Source: Bacillota bacterium
Lineage (GTDB): Bacteria > Bacillota > Limnochordia > DTU087
NCBI GenBank assembly: GCA_012735435.1
Contig: JAAYHH010000014.1
Location: 1-53,496, forward strand
Length of the DNA stretch: 53,496 nt
Direction of reading: 5' to 3'
Under the pieces are notes generated by a model. It worked only from the letters and a program-made list of their open reading frames with translations. It was not told the origin of the DNA and did no database searches. Position numbers and translations under genes: made by a program. Positions 17,781 through 26,962 of this stretch are shown piece by piece; positions within the stretch are counted from its first letter, which is position 1, and every line of letters begins with the position of its first letter.

Positions 17781-18788
17781 ATGAGATACATACTGGGTAT
17801 CGACGGCGGCGGATCCAAAACAACGGCGATCCTCGCGGATGAAAGGGGAAAAGTATTGGGTGAAGGCCGCGGCGAAGCAAGCAACTACCAGACTATTGGT
17901 CTGGAAAAGGCCGGCAAGGCCATAAAGTCGGCCGTTGCCGCTGCCATTGAGAAGGCTGGCGAGAATTTCTCCGTTTCGTTGGAGAACCTAGAGGGCAAGT
18001 TGGTAGTTGTTGCTGGTTTAGCCGGGGCTGACCGCCCCTTGGATAGAGAACGCCTTAGGCCTGTGGTTTGGAACCAGCTGCCTATAAGGCCCCTGCAGCT
18101 TCGTGTGGAGCATGATGCCCGGGTCGCCCTTGCTGCTGCCACAGGAAACAAACCGGGAATTATCCTCATTGCCGGCACCGGATCCATAGCATTCGGTATC
18201 GACGATACCGGCCGGGGAGTTCGCGCTGGAGGCTGGGGCCCCATCTTGGGCGATGAGGGCAGCGGCTACTCCATCGGCAAAGCCGCACTGACCGCCGTAC
18301 TGTGGGAATACGATGGCCGGGGAAAACCTACCTCCCTTACCGACAGAATAACCTCCCGCTTGGGGGTCCCGCGCCCTGATGAAATAGTTTCCCTGGTCTA
18401 CCAGGGGCCTCTCCAAAGACCTGAAATCGCAAAACTAGCGGAAATTGTGCTGGAAGAAGCCGCCGCCGGCGATGAGATAAGCCAGCATCTCATCACTGAC
18501 GCAGCGGAACACCTAGTTAAACTGATCAGCGCAGTCCTGACCAGGCTTGAGTGGACCCAGCAATCGGTACCTGTCGCCGGGACGGGAGGGCTTCTGCGGC
18601 CCGGCAATCTCTTGTGGAAAACCATTACTGAAATGTTGAACCACTCCCACCCCCAAGTCAGCTTCACTCCCCCAATGCTGCCTCCCGAACTTGGTGCTGT
18701 CCTGTTAGGAAGAGAATCTCTAGATACAAGGACTCCGTATAAGGAATTTCTCCTGAACCTCAGCCGCTATGCAAGGGCTACCTCTTGA
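17781..18788 (+). CDS. BadF/BadG/BcrA/BcrD-type ATPase, GlcNAc/MurNAc kinase-like
   Basis: MRYILGIDGGGSKT and IAGTGSIAFG motifs. Lies downstream of murQ. Alternative start at ATG 17769. Confidence 0.75.
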   Translation: MRYILGIDGGGSKTTAILADERGKVLGEGRGEASNYQTIGLEKAGKAIKSAVAAAIEKAGENFSVSLENLEGKLVVVAGLAGADRPLDRERLRPVVWNQLPIRPLQLRVEHDARVALAAATGNKPGIILIAGTGSIAFGIDDTGRGVRAGGWGPILGDEGSGYSIGKAALTAVLWEYDGRGKPTSLTDRITSRLGVPRPDEIVSLVYQGPLQRPEIAKLAEIVLEEAAAGDEISQHLITDAAEHLVKLISAVLTRLEWTQQSVPVAGTGGLLRPGNLLWKTITEMLNHSHPQVSFTPPMLPPELGAVLLGRESLDTRTPYKEFLLNLSRYARATS

Positions 18789-18898
18789 GTCTCAATTCGA
18801 AGGGAAAATCTTCGCTGTATACTACCCCTGGAACCCGAATCACATGATACCGAGTCCTCTAGCATGCCAATGTCTAAGACTGATCACAAATATCTCAA

Positions 18899-18930
18899 GG
18901 GGTGCACTTATGCACACCCCACTTTCCTGT
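18899..18930 (+). terminator. terminator after the kinase gene
   Basis: ggggtgca-ctta-tgcacacccc hairpin (one bulge), then actttcct. Confidence 0.5.
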
Positions 18931-19084
18931 CTCTGCCTCCGGGTTTTCGAACAATTATTAGCTGTGCTCTTAAGATTCCTACAATTTCCAGTGGTTTGGC
19001 GAATTGGTTCACTAAGAGGAAATTCGCGCCATACGCAGAAGTATGACTATACCTAGCGAACCTATCTTCAAGGGGGTTTCGATA

Positions 19085-19603
19085 ATGGCCAGCGAGAAGC
19101 GGGTTGCTGTATTGGTAGAACGGGAATATGAGGATCAGGAGCTTTGGTATCCATATTTGCGGCTGCTTGAGGCCGGCTGTAATGTCAGTGTCGTTGGACC
19201 GGAAGCTAATCAGGAATACCTCAGCAAACACGGCTACCCCATCAAGTCCTGCATCTGCATGGTAGATGCCAATAAGCAGGATTGGGATGCTGTAATCATT
19301 CCAGGCGGCTGGGCACCGGATCGGCTCAGAAGATATCCTGAGATGGTGGAATTGGTCCGGAAAACCAATACGCGGGGAGGAATTGTAGCCGCAATTTGCC
19401 ACGGCCCATCACTCCTTGTTTCGGCAGATATCGTGCGGGGCAGAAAGGTTACCTCCTATGATGCCATTAAGGATGACCTCATCCATGCCGGCGCCGACTG
19501 GAGCGATGCAGAAGTGGTAGTTGATGGAAATCTCATTACCTCCCGCACCCCTCTGGATCTAGTACCCTTTATGAAGGCGGTTCTGGCAGGGCTGGGGCTG
19601 TAA
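19085..19603 (+). CDS. DJ-1/PfpI-family protein
   Basis: Start refined to ATG 19085, which follows AGGGGG. AAICHGPSLL nucleophile-elbow motif. Confidence 0.9.
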   Translation: MASEKRVAVLVEREYEDQELWYPYLRLLEAGCNVSVVGPEANQEYLSKHGYPIKSCICMVDANKQDWDAVIIPGGWAPDRLRRYPEMVELVRKTNTRGGIVAAICHGPSLLVSADIVRGRKVTSYDAIKDDLIHAGADWSDAEVVVDGNLITSRTPLDLVPFMKAVLAGLGL

Positions 19604-19610
19604 AGAGAAC

Positions 19611-19648
19611 AAGGGGTGCAGGGGAACTTAAGGTTCCCGGCACCCCTT
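19611..19648. terminator. bidirectional terminator
   Basis: aaggggtgc...gcacccctt outer stem with a gggaac/gttccc inner stem, between convergent genes. Confidence 0.65.
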
Positions 19649-19671
19649 AAAATTTAGCCATTCAATCCCTC

Positions 19672-20895
19672 TTATCCCTTCACCACCGCAACCGTCCGCA
19701 ATCTCAGCACCGGCTCAACAAGATCCCGCTGATAATTAAGCACCTCATTAATGTCCTTATATGCCCACCTAGATTCCTCCGCCACATCGGAACGCTTGCG
19801 CTTCCCCAAGACGACATTTTGCGACTTTAGGTCCTCAATAACTTCCTGCACACTGAACTGCTTCACAGCTTCGTTTCTGCTCATCACCCGTCCGGCACCG
19901 TGGGAGCAGCTGTGGAAGGATTCGGGATTGCCCTTTCCCTTCACTATATAGCTAAAGGAACCCATAGCACCGGGAATGATGCCGTATTCATCCTTGCCCG
20001 CCCGAATCGCTCCTTTGCGGTGGACCCATACATCCTTGCCGAAATGATTCTCCAAGGCAGCATAGTTGTGATGGGCATCAACTTCCATGTCTATGCGGAT
20101 ATCATCAATACCTGCGTACCTTAGCAGGTTCCCAAAGACAATTTCCTTAAGCCGCCGCATCATCAGGGCCCGATTCTCTTTGGCAAAATCCAGGGCCATA
20201 TTCATCCAGGCGATATACGCCCTTCCCTCCGGCGTGTCAGTGGGCAGGTATGCCAGCTGCCACTCCCGGGGTACTGGAGCAGAAAGCTTAGCATTAAGGT
20301 CCTGGGCCAGTTTATTGAAAGCTCGGCAAATCTGCAGCCCTAAATTGCGAGAACCTGAATGCACCATGAGCCCCAGTTTGCCGTCGTCATCGGCCTGCAG
20401 CTCTATAAAATGGTTGCCGCTTCCCAAGGTACCCAATTGGAAATAGGCCCTCTCAAGTTCCTTCACTAGTTGGGGCATTGGTAAAGCCGGCGGTTCAAAC
20501 TTGTCTAGGGTAACAGATGGCTGAGGTGTCTCTTGATGGGCAAACCCAGTGGGAATGCTTCTCATAATGTCTCCTACGATCTTCTGAGCCAGTGTGCCGT
20601 TATCAACCTTTACTTCATGAAGCAAGTCTGCAGGCAGATCAACATGGACAAATGATACACCACAACCAATGTCATTGCCCACTGCATTGGGAATGATGGC
20701 ATTCTCTGCGGCCAGCACACCCCCAATAGGCATTCCGTAGCCAGTATGGCAATCCGGCAAGAGAACCACGTGACGAAAAGTACAGGGCAGATTTGCCAAG
20801 TTAATTGCTTGCTCCATGCAGCTTGCTTCAACTTGAGATGGCTCCTCCAGCCAGATTTTAATGGGTTTATTGGCTACGGCTTTCAATACAAACAT
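19672..20895 (-). CDS. rtcB: RNA 3'-phosphate ligase RtcB
   Basis: GSGNHFIELQ, HSGSRNLG and SCSHGAGR motifs; 407 aa. Confidence 0.93.
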   Translation of the reverse strand: MFVLKAVANKPIKIWLEEPSQVEASCMEQAINLANLPCTFRHVVLLPDCHTGYGMPIGGVLAAENAIIPNAVGNDIGCGVSFVHVDLPADLLHEVKVDNGTLAQKIVGDIMRSIPTGFAHQETPQPSVTLDKFEPPALPMPQLVKELERAYFQLGTLGSGNHFIELQADDDGKLGLMVHSGSRNLGLQICRAFNKLAQDLNAKLSAPVPREWQLAYLPTDTPEGRAYIAWMNMALDFAKENRALMMRRLKEIVFGNLLRYAGIDDIRIDMEVDAHHNYAALENHFGKDVWVHRKGAIRAGKDEYGIIPGAMGSFSYIVKGKGNPESFHSCSHGAGRVMSRNEAVKQFSVQEVIEDLKSQNVVLGKRKRSDVAEESRWAYKDINEVLNYQRDLVEPVLRLRTVAVVKG

Positions 20896-20937
20896 TTCAT
20901 CACCTCTTGGCTAATGATACCCGCCAGGAGTTTTGAG

Positions 20938-21741
20938 CTATAAATTGCCCTTCAACCACTCCAAACCTTTGCGGAAACCTTCAGCATGATCAGCTTTTCC
21001 TTCGTATTCTACGCACCAGACGCCTTGATAGTTTGCCTTTTTCAAGCATTCCACGGCCCAGTGCAAGTCTAATTCACCTTCACCCAAGGCCGTTCCTTCA
21101 TAGTCAGCTAGGCTGTTGCGGCCATCCTTCATATGGACATGGAGCACCCAGGGTGCAATCTTCTCGTAGAATTCATTTACCTTCTCTAAAGGATGCCCTG
21201 CCCAGCGGTAGTTCATGGTATCCAGATTAGCACCTATGTTCCTGCTGCCCACAGCTTCAAGCAATTCAATCTGAAGGTCGGCATCATTGGTCACTAGGCC
21301 GTGATTGTCCAAAGCAAACTTGAAATCTTCCTTCTCGATAAAATCCCGGCACCGGCTAAATCCTTCAACCATAAGCTCTACCCAACGCTCTTCAGGCACA
21401 CCTTCCTTCGGCCAGCCTCCATCTACCCGCAGCAGCCTGGTACCAAGAACATCTGCCAGCCGGCAAACCTGCTGCAGACGCTCTACCTGAAACTCCATAT
21501 CTTCTTGGCTGGTCACCAAAAAATCGTTTTGGGCGGCGAGGGCAGAAACCTTCATCCCCCGTTGGTCCAGCAAAGTACGAACCCTTTGGGCGGAAGCCAG
21601 AGCCTCTTCGTAGCTCTGCCCTTCTTTCCAAAGATCTTCAGCCAGCAGTTCCGTATACTCGAATCCAACCTCAGCAGCAAAGTCCAGAAACGATTCCAGA
21701 TCGCCCGGGAAATTATAGTGAACTACCCCTATTTTCGCCAT
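20938..21741 (-). CDS. xylose-isomerase-like TIM-barrel protein (sugar phosphate isomerase/epimerase family)
   Basis: Start refined to ATG 21741, which follows GAGGGGAG. The family pattern (..LDNHG.., HVHMKDG) was recognised by eye. Lies 42 nt upstream of rtcB on the same strand. Confidence 0.8.
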   Translation of the reverse strand: MAKIGVVHYNFPGDLESFLDFAAEVGFEYTELLAEDLWKEGQSYEEALASAQRVRTLLDQRGMKVSALAAQNDFLVTSQEDMEFQVERLQQVCRLADVLGTRLLRVDGGWPKEGVPEERWVELMVEGFSRCRDFIEKEDFKFALDNHGLVTNDADLQIELLEAVGSRNIGANLDTMNYRWAGHPLEKVNEFYEKIAPWVLHVHMKDGRNSLADYEGTALGEGELDLHWAVECLKKANYQGVWCVEYEGKADHAEGFRKGLEWLKGNL

Positions 21742-21900
21742 TGTCCAGTCTCCCCTCTGCAATTAGCTGTCAATTTCCCTTTTTCGGCACCCTTTGCTAG
21801 TACCCTCTTTCCCATGGTGATATCTGGTCAAGGCGATTTGTCCCCGGTACTCAGCCCTACTTCCAACCCACGGTTTGCTGCCTCCCTTGATCCTCTTCCG

Positions 21901-21946
21901 CTGCTGGATTATACTGACACTGCTGACAACATATCGGCTGCTGACA
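21901..21946. repeat. three direct repeats CTGCTG(G/A)(A/C)(T/A) in a divergent promoter region
   Basis: CTGCTGGAT at 21901, CTGCTGACA at 21920 and CTGCTGACA at 21938 (spacings 19 and 18 nt). They overlap a possible CTGACA-18-TTATAT promoter for the flavodoxin gene. Confidence 0.5.
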
Positions 21947-21982
21947 TTATATCTATAATAACCGAGTTTGGGGGTGTAGCAA

Positions 21983-22468
21983 TTGAGAACATTGATCCTA
22001 TATGGCAGCAAGCACGGCTGCACAGCCAAATGCGCTTACCTGCTCCGCGATAAACTGGAAAACGCAGATGTAATAGATCTATCTCAGAATTCCTCTGTAT
22101 CTCTATCCTTGGACGACTATGATGCAGTTCTGATTGGGACATCTGTCTATGTCGGAAAGATTAATAAGGCTGTAGCGAAATTCTGCACCGCCAACCTCGA
22201 CAAGCTGAAAGCGAAAAGGATTGGCCTCTTTGTCTGCTGCGGGCTGCCGGAGAAGGCCATGGAGCAGCTGGAAACTGGATTTCCCAAGGAACTGGTGCAG
22301 GCTGCCCGGGTTAAAGCCTATTTTGGATACCAATACGAGATGGACCAGCTCAACTTCTTCGAAAGGATTATTATGCGGCTGGTGGGCAAACACCGAAACG
22401 AAACTGCTATACGTCATGCTGCCATTGAAGATTTTGCCCGGAGCTTTGTACAGGAAAACTGGAGATAA
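21983..22468 (+). CDS. flavodoxin-domain protein (HemG-like short flavodoxin)
   Basis: MRTLILYGSKHGCTAKCA...; TTG start follows GGGGGTG. Confidence 0.75.
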   Translation: MRTLILYGSKHGCTAKCAYLLRDKLENADVIDLSQNSSVSLSLDDYDAVLIGTSVYVGKINKAVAKFCTANLDKLKAKRIGLFVCCGLPEKAMEQLETGFPKELVQAARVKAYFGYQYEMDQLNFFERIIMRLVGKHRNETAIRHAAIEDFARSFVQENWR

Positions 22469-22542
22469 TTAACCACCCGCTGTCATTCCAGCTGTCACAG
22501 GGCCCCCTGCAGCCACCTGCAGAAGTGCCTCCACAAAAGAGA

Positions 22543-22574
22543 AAAGCCCCAGAACCTAATGGTAAAGGGGCTTT
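22543..22574 (-). terminator. terminator downstream of the tRNA
   Basis: Minus strand: AAAGCCCC-loop-GGGGCTTT followed by TCTCTTTTG. Confidence 0.6.
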
Positions 22575-22579
22575 ATATC

Positions 22580-22656
22580 TGGCCCGCCCGGTAGGACTCG
22601 AACCTACGGCCTTCTGATTCGAAGTCAGACACTCTATCCAGCTGAGCTACGGGCGG
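22580..22656 (-). tRNA. tRNA-Arg, anticodon UCG, CCA encoded
   Basis: Folded by hand. 7-bp acceptor stem CCGCCCG/CGGGCGG; D-arm with GG and A20; anticodon stem TCTGA/TCAGA with loop CTTCGAA; T-arm GTAGG-TTCGAGT-CCTAC; discriminator G then CCA; 77 nt. Confidence 0.95.
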
Positions 22657-22677
22657 TTGGTTTTCTTGGTCCCTGAT

Positions 22678-22706
22678 ATTGTACCACAAAGGTATTGCGG
22701 AAACAA
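22678..22706 (-). promoter_or_regulatory. promoter of the tRNA-Arg gene
   Basis: Minus strand: TTGTTT (22701-22706), 17-nt spacer, extended -10 TGgTACAAT (TACAAT at 22678-22683). Confidence 0.55.
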
Positions 22707-22755
22707 CCTAAGGCACCATCAACCAATCCCGTCAGCATCTTGCAGATTCAGATGG

Positions 22756-24042
22756 CTATCGATACGCTTTTCCATGGGAAATGTCCCCAAGTGACTCGCC
22801 TTCCCCATAACACTCCAGCTGTTCCATCATCTGTATGAATGTCGAATAGTCAACTATCGGAATCCCAAGACTCCGGGCCCTGCGGGCCTTGCCGCTGAGA
22901 CTGTCAGGATCAGCAGCGGCTACCAGTTTCGTCTTTCTGCTCACTGAACTAGTCACCCAAAGTCCCCGCATCCGCGCTTCATACTCTAACTCAGAACGGC
23001 TCATGCCGGGAGCTTCGCCGGTGAAGACTACCCTATCGCCTGGCTGTAGTGCAAACCGCCGGATTGGATAGGCATGGTGGTCTTTCCAACGGGAGGCAGA
23101 CTGCACAGCAGAGTCAACATGGTCAGCGGACAATCCAAGTAGTTCTGCCACCGATACTAGATCTGCCCGCGCATCAGAAGTTCTGGGGCCGTCTTCGAGG
23201 GCTAGCCGGGCTAGTGCAGTCAGATAATGCTGATGGAGAGTTACCGCATCCTCCCTGGACAAATCCAGCGCTGCAGCTGTTTCTACTAATTCGTCGGCTT
23301 CATGGCAGCTGATCCGGCCATCGAGAAGGACACGCTCCAGCACCATCAGATACTTATCCGCCTCAGGGTGAATCGCTCCCCGAGGAGCTTTAGAGGGCAG
23401 CCGCTGCAGAAAATGCTTCTTTGCTTTCATAGCCGCCAGCCTCCGGGGCCATGGTTTAACAGCTGCCGGTGGGACCTTAGGCCATACAACCCTTCTTACC
23501 GCCTGAGCAGCATCAATCCAACAGCCAAGGAAGTCATCTTCCTTGCTGATATAGAAAGCCAAGAGCTTTGCCGTTGCCCGGGCATCCTCCAGGGCAGTGT
23601 GGGCTGAATCTATAGTATAACCGATACATTCGCAGCACGCTTCCAAGGATCTGGCGCGACTGGGAAGATAATGCTCCGCCAGCCGCATGGTGCAGAGCCC
23701 CGCACTGCCATCGAGCTCAACGGCATGACCCGCCCGGGCAAACTCTGCAGCCAAAAACCGGGCATCGAAAGCCAGGTTATGGGCAACCAGCACCCGCCCG
23801 TTTAACAACGACACCAATTCAGGCAATATCTCATCGAAGGTGGGAGCCGCGTAAACATCTGCCCCAGTGAGACCGTGGATCTCGGTGGCACCAACCTCCC
23901 GAAGAGGATTGACCAGTGTCTCCCACTCATCCACCGGATTACCGTTATCATCAGCCAGGACCACCGCAACCTCCAATATCCGGTGGTTCTGTGCCGGGGA
24001 GAGTCCGGTAGTCTCAACGTCAATAACCGCGTATTGTCCCAT
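22756..24042 (-). CDS. DEDDh (DnaQ-like) 3'-5' exonuclease fused to a helical middle region and a C-terminal BRCT domain
   Basis: Start refined to ATG 24042, which follows GGAGGAA. Exo motifs DVETTG, AHNLAFD and HTALEDA. The C-terminus GDRVVFTG..MSRSELE......SVSRKTKLVAA..SGKARRARSLGIPIV resembles the LigA BRCT. Confidence 0.85.
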   Translation of the reverse strand: MGQYAVIDVETTGLSPAQNHRILEVAVVLADDNGNPVDEWETLVNPLREVGATEIHGLTGADVYAAPTFDEILPELVSLLNGRVLVAHNLAFDARFLAAEFARAGHAVELDGSAGLCTMRLAEHYLPSRARSLEACCECIGYTIDSAHTALEDARATAKLLAFYISKEDDFLGCWIDAAQAVRRVVWPKVPPAAVKPWPRRLAAMKAKKHFLQRLPSKAPRGAIHPEADKYLMVLERVLLDGRISCHEADELVETAAALDLSREDAVTLHQHYLTALARLALEDGPRTSDARADLVSVAELLGLSADHVDSAVQSASRWKDHHAYPIRRFALQPGDRVVFTGEAPGMSRSELEYEARMRGLWVTSSVSRKTKLVAAADPDSLSGKARRARSLGIPIVDYSTFIQMMEQLECYGEGESLGDISHGKAYR

Positions 24043-24293
24043 ATGTATTCCTCCACATCCAGGCTGACCCCAGGATAACATATACACAAGGGATGCAGCA
24101 AATACTGCCCCAATTGGCTAAATCTCTCCTCTACCATGGTTATGACGTCCAAGGTTCCTAAACAGCTTGCATTCGGGGACATGCTTGGTTTTCTGAATCC
24201 GCCATCCCAAGGATAAGGGGGAAAAAACACGGGCCATGGACTAATATAACTCTTTAGAATATAATGGAAATATAAATAGCCGGGGTGATTTGT

Positions 24294-25448
24294 ATGGAGG
24301 GAACATCGCCAGCCGATTCTCGATTAAGGATATCGAAGCTTGCTGAATTTGCGGACAAGCACTCTGAGCTTTTCTTTCTGCGGTATGAACTGACAGAGTC
24401 AGCCAGATTTGTGCGGCCCTTAATGCTGATTTTAGCTTTAGTATATATGCTCTTTGCAGGTCCAGATTGGTTCTTGCTTAGGGATGCAAGAATTTTTGGG
24501 TCCATTGTGGTCATCCGACTTACTGTCGCTTCCTCTATCCTCGCTCTCTACCTGGTAATCAGCAGTGAAAAAAACTATCAAGTGTACCCCTGGCTGCTTA
24601 CCGTGTGCGAAATGATAGCCAGCACTGGGTTTGTCTTGATCCTGATGAAATATCCAGCCCCTGACTTTCGAATTCATACCTTTTGGGCTTCTTTGCTCAT
24701 CTGGTGCTTTGTCCTGGTTCCAAACAGGTGGCTCTATATCGTCTTTGCTTCCATTTATACTGGAGTCATATTCCTAGGCATGGCAGTTTACTATCTAAGT
24801 CCCCTCAATCCCAGCCACTTTTCCGCCGCCGTCTACTTTGTTACATTGTCAATCGGACTCGCAGCAGTCTCCTCCCATAGAATGAATTCTTACAAACGTT
24901 CTACCTATGCCGCTCTCGAGGCCCTTGCCAAGCTGTCTGAAACCGATGGACTGACTGGACTGTATAATCGAAACGGCTTTGATCGAAGGCTTAGGGAGAA
25001 AATGGCAAGCCTTACCCACTCCAGCCAGGATCTAGCCCTGATCATGATAGATCTAGATGACTTCAAGCAAATCAACGACCAGTGGGGACATCAATACGGT
25101 GACTCTGTCCTGGTAGCTTTAGCAAACCATCTCAGAACAGCTGTACCACCAGAAGGCACCCTGGCGCGGTGGGGTGGAGAAGAGTTTATAGTGCTTTTGC
25201 CCGGCTATAATCTAGACCAGGCCTCGAAGACTGCCGAGGAGCTGCGGAAACATCTAGCCGAGCAGCGCTACGCACATGACACAGGAGTCACTGCCAGTTT
25301 TGGCGTAGCTGTTGCCGAACATGGCGAAAGCTGTGAATCACTCCTCCGCCGGGCAGACGAGCTCCTTTATCTAGCCAAGGCAGGCGGGAAAAACCGTGTG
25401 GCATCAGACCATACCGCCTTGACCAAGGAGCTCGCCAAGACACCGTAA
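24294..25448 (+). CDS. membrane-bound diguanylate cyclase (GGDEF)
   Basis: About 5-6 N-terminal TM helices; GGEEF active site; DGLTGLYNR and DLDDFKQIND motifs. No RxxD I-site seen 5 residues upstream of GGEEF. Confidence 0.9.
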   Translation: MEGTSPADSRLRISKLAEFADKHSELFFLRYELTESARFVRPLMLILALVYMLFAGPDWFLLRDARIFGSIVVIRLTVASSILALYLVISSEKNYQVYPWLLTVCEMIASTGFVLILMKYPAPDFRIHTFWASLLIWCFVLVPNRWLYIVFASIYTGVIFLGMAVYYLSPLNPSHFSAAVYFVTLSIGLAAVSSHRMNSYKRSTYAALEALAKLSETDGLTGLYNRNGFDRRLREKMASLTHSSQDLALIMIDLDDFKQINDQWGHQYGDSVLVALANHLRTAVPPEGTLARWGGEEFIVLLPGYNLDQASKTAEELRKHLAEQRYAHDTGVTASFGVAVAEHGESCESLLRRADELLYLAKAGGKNRVASDHTALTKELAKTP

Positions 25449-25464
25449 TGCCTAGAATGCTAGG

Positions 25465-26265
25465 TCAAACGTGTCGGTCAACAAGAATTGGATTACCACC
25501 CTGCCAGTTCTCCATTGCCTTCCGGATTGAGCGGTCCATTTCCTGCGCGAAAGCTGTCCCCGTCTTGCGGGCAAACATATACTGGGCAGCATTCTCCGCT
25601 CCATATTTGTTAGGCCGAGGGATCGCGGCATCCCGCTGTGCAAACATGGCTGTAAGCTCTTCTTTATTGAGCCGATGATACTTCTCTTCGAACACAAAAT
25701 ACTGCTGTTCAAACCGGGGGCGCACTGTCGGTTTATAGTCATCTGGATAGTAACCTAGACACAGCATGGCGATAGGAAAAGCATATTCCGGCAAACCTAG
25801 AAGCTCACGATGTGTCTCGTAGTTTTCCATAATATCTCCTATGTAACAAGAACCGATTCCCAAGCTCTCAGCAGCGATCACAACATTCTGTGCGGCAATC
25901 AAGGCATCGCTTACCGATATGAATAGATCCCCTAGGTTAGGCCCCCTGAACTCCAGGCCTGTCCGAAGGCAAAATTCTTTCACCTCGGAGACAAGATAAT
26001 AGTCAAACCAACGCTGGACATCCGCCAAAAAGACCATAACCAGCGGGGCCTTGGCGATGAAGGGCTGGTTATCACATGTCTTGCTGAGCACCTCCTTGGT
26101 ATGCTGATCCCGGATGAGCAGAATTGTGTAGAGCATCATATTGCCGGCGGTTGGTGCCCGTTGGGCGGCATACAGCAGTTGTTCCAGATCTTCGTCTTTA
26201 ATAGGAACATCCTTATAACGGCGTAAAGATGTGCGCCGCTCAATGACCTTCATAATCTCATTCAC
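25465..26265 (-). CDS. nitroreductase-family protein
   Basis: RRTSLRRY...AQRAPTAGNMM motif pattern; 266 aa. Confidence 0.88.
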   Translation of the reverse strand: MNEIMKVIERRTSLRRYKDVPIKDEDLEQLLYAAQRAPTAGNMMLYTILLIRDQHTKEVLSKTCDNQPFIAKAPLVMVFLADVQRWFDYYLVSEVKEFCLRTGLEFRGPNLGDLFISVSDALIAAQNVVIAAESLGIGSCYIGDIMENYETHRELLGLPEYAFPIAMLCLGYYPDDYKPTVRPRFEQQYFVFEEKYHRLNKEELTAMFAQRDAAIPRPNKYGAENAAQYMFARKTGTAFAQEMDRSIRKAMENWQGGNPILVDRHV

Positions 26266-26422
26266 CTAGTTCCACCTTCCTTCTTTCCAAGGCAGCTCCA
26301 ATCCCTAAGGAATTTTGAGTTATTACCTGCGGAACAGGGCGCCGAGGGATATAGCATTCCTAAGCTCTGCCTTTCCCACCCCTGGGAGTTTACCATCCCG
26401 GAACAGCCCCAAGCCGCCACAG

Positions 26423-26863
26423 CTATGGCTTGGCTATCTTCTTGGCCACGAACACATAGTTGTCCCACTCATCGGCATACTCATCCAGCTCTTTAAGTCC
26501 GCATTGCAGGAGAAGCTGCCGGTATGCTGTAGCCCCAAGGGAAATATAGGAAAATGACACATCGTTCATCACACCTTCTCGTATCCCCTCCTCTTCTCCT
26601 GCAGTGAAGAGAAACAGCCCGCCGGGCCTGAGATGCTGCGACACTTTCAGTATGGTTTCAGCCTGATCTGCCTCTGATAGGTGAAACATCACGCCCCAGG
26701 CTACTACTGCATCAAAGGTCGTGCCGAAGAAGTCGAAGCCCTGAATGGTCTCACATGCAGCATGGGCCTGGGGAAGGTTTGCTCGAAACCGGGCAATGAC
26801 TTTCAATATTACCTTTAGGACGCAAGGGACCTGCAAAAGGGACATAGAATCTAAGGTAATCAA
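26423..26863 (-). pseudogene. class I SAM-methyltransferase remnant lacking motif I
   Basis: The C-terminal two thirds of the fold are present (FDAVVAWGVMFHL...LRPGGLFLFT) but there is no GxGxG. The only start offered is TTG without an SD, and the upstream sequence is in another frame. Confidence 0.45.
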
Positions 26864-26962
26864 TGCTTACAGGGCTGCGGTAACTTCCGGTTGAATAACC
26901 TACTATGTACATCATATTGTTGTAAGGATTGACCCGCCAAGAAGTCTCCGGAGGGAGAACCG

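Noticed and set aside
21301-22053. 250-aa plus-strand ORF
   Set aside because: It runs antisense through the well-supported TIM-barrel gene, crosses the intergenic promoter region and runs into the flavodoxin gene in another frame. Its composition is low-complexity and Pro/Ser/Leu-rich, with no SD. This is typical of a shadow ORF in a ~50% GC genome.
22469-22760. Possible genomic-island attachment site at tRNA-Arg
   Set aside because: I looked for a second copy of the tRNA 3' segment (ggttcgagtcctaccgggcgg or its complement) in the neighbouring intergenic regions, and for an integrase gene. I found neither.
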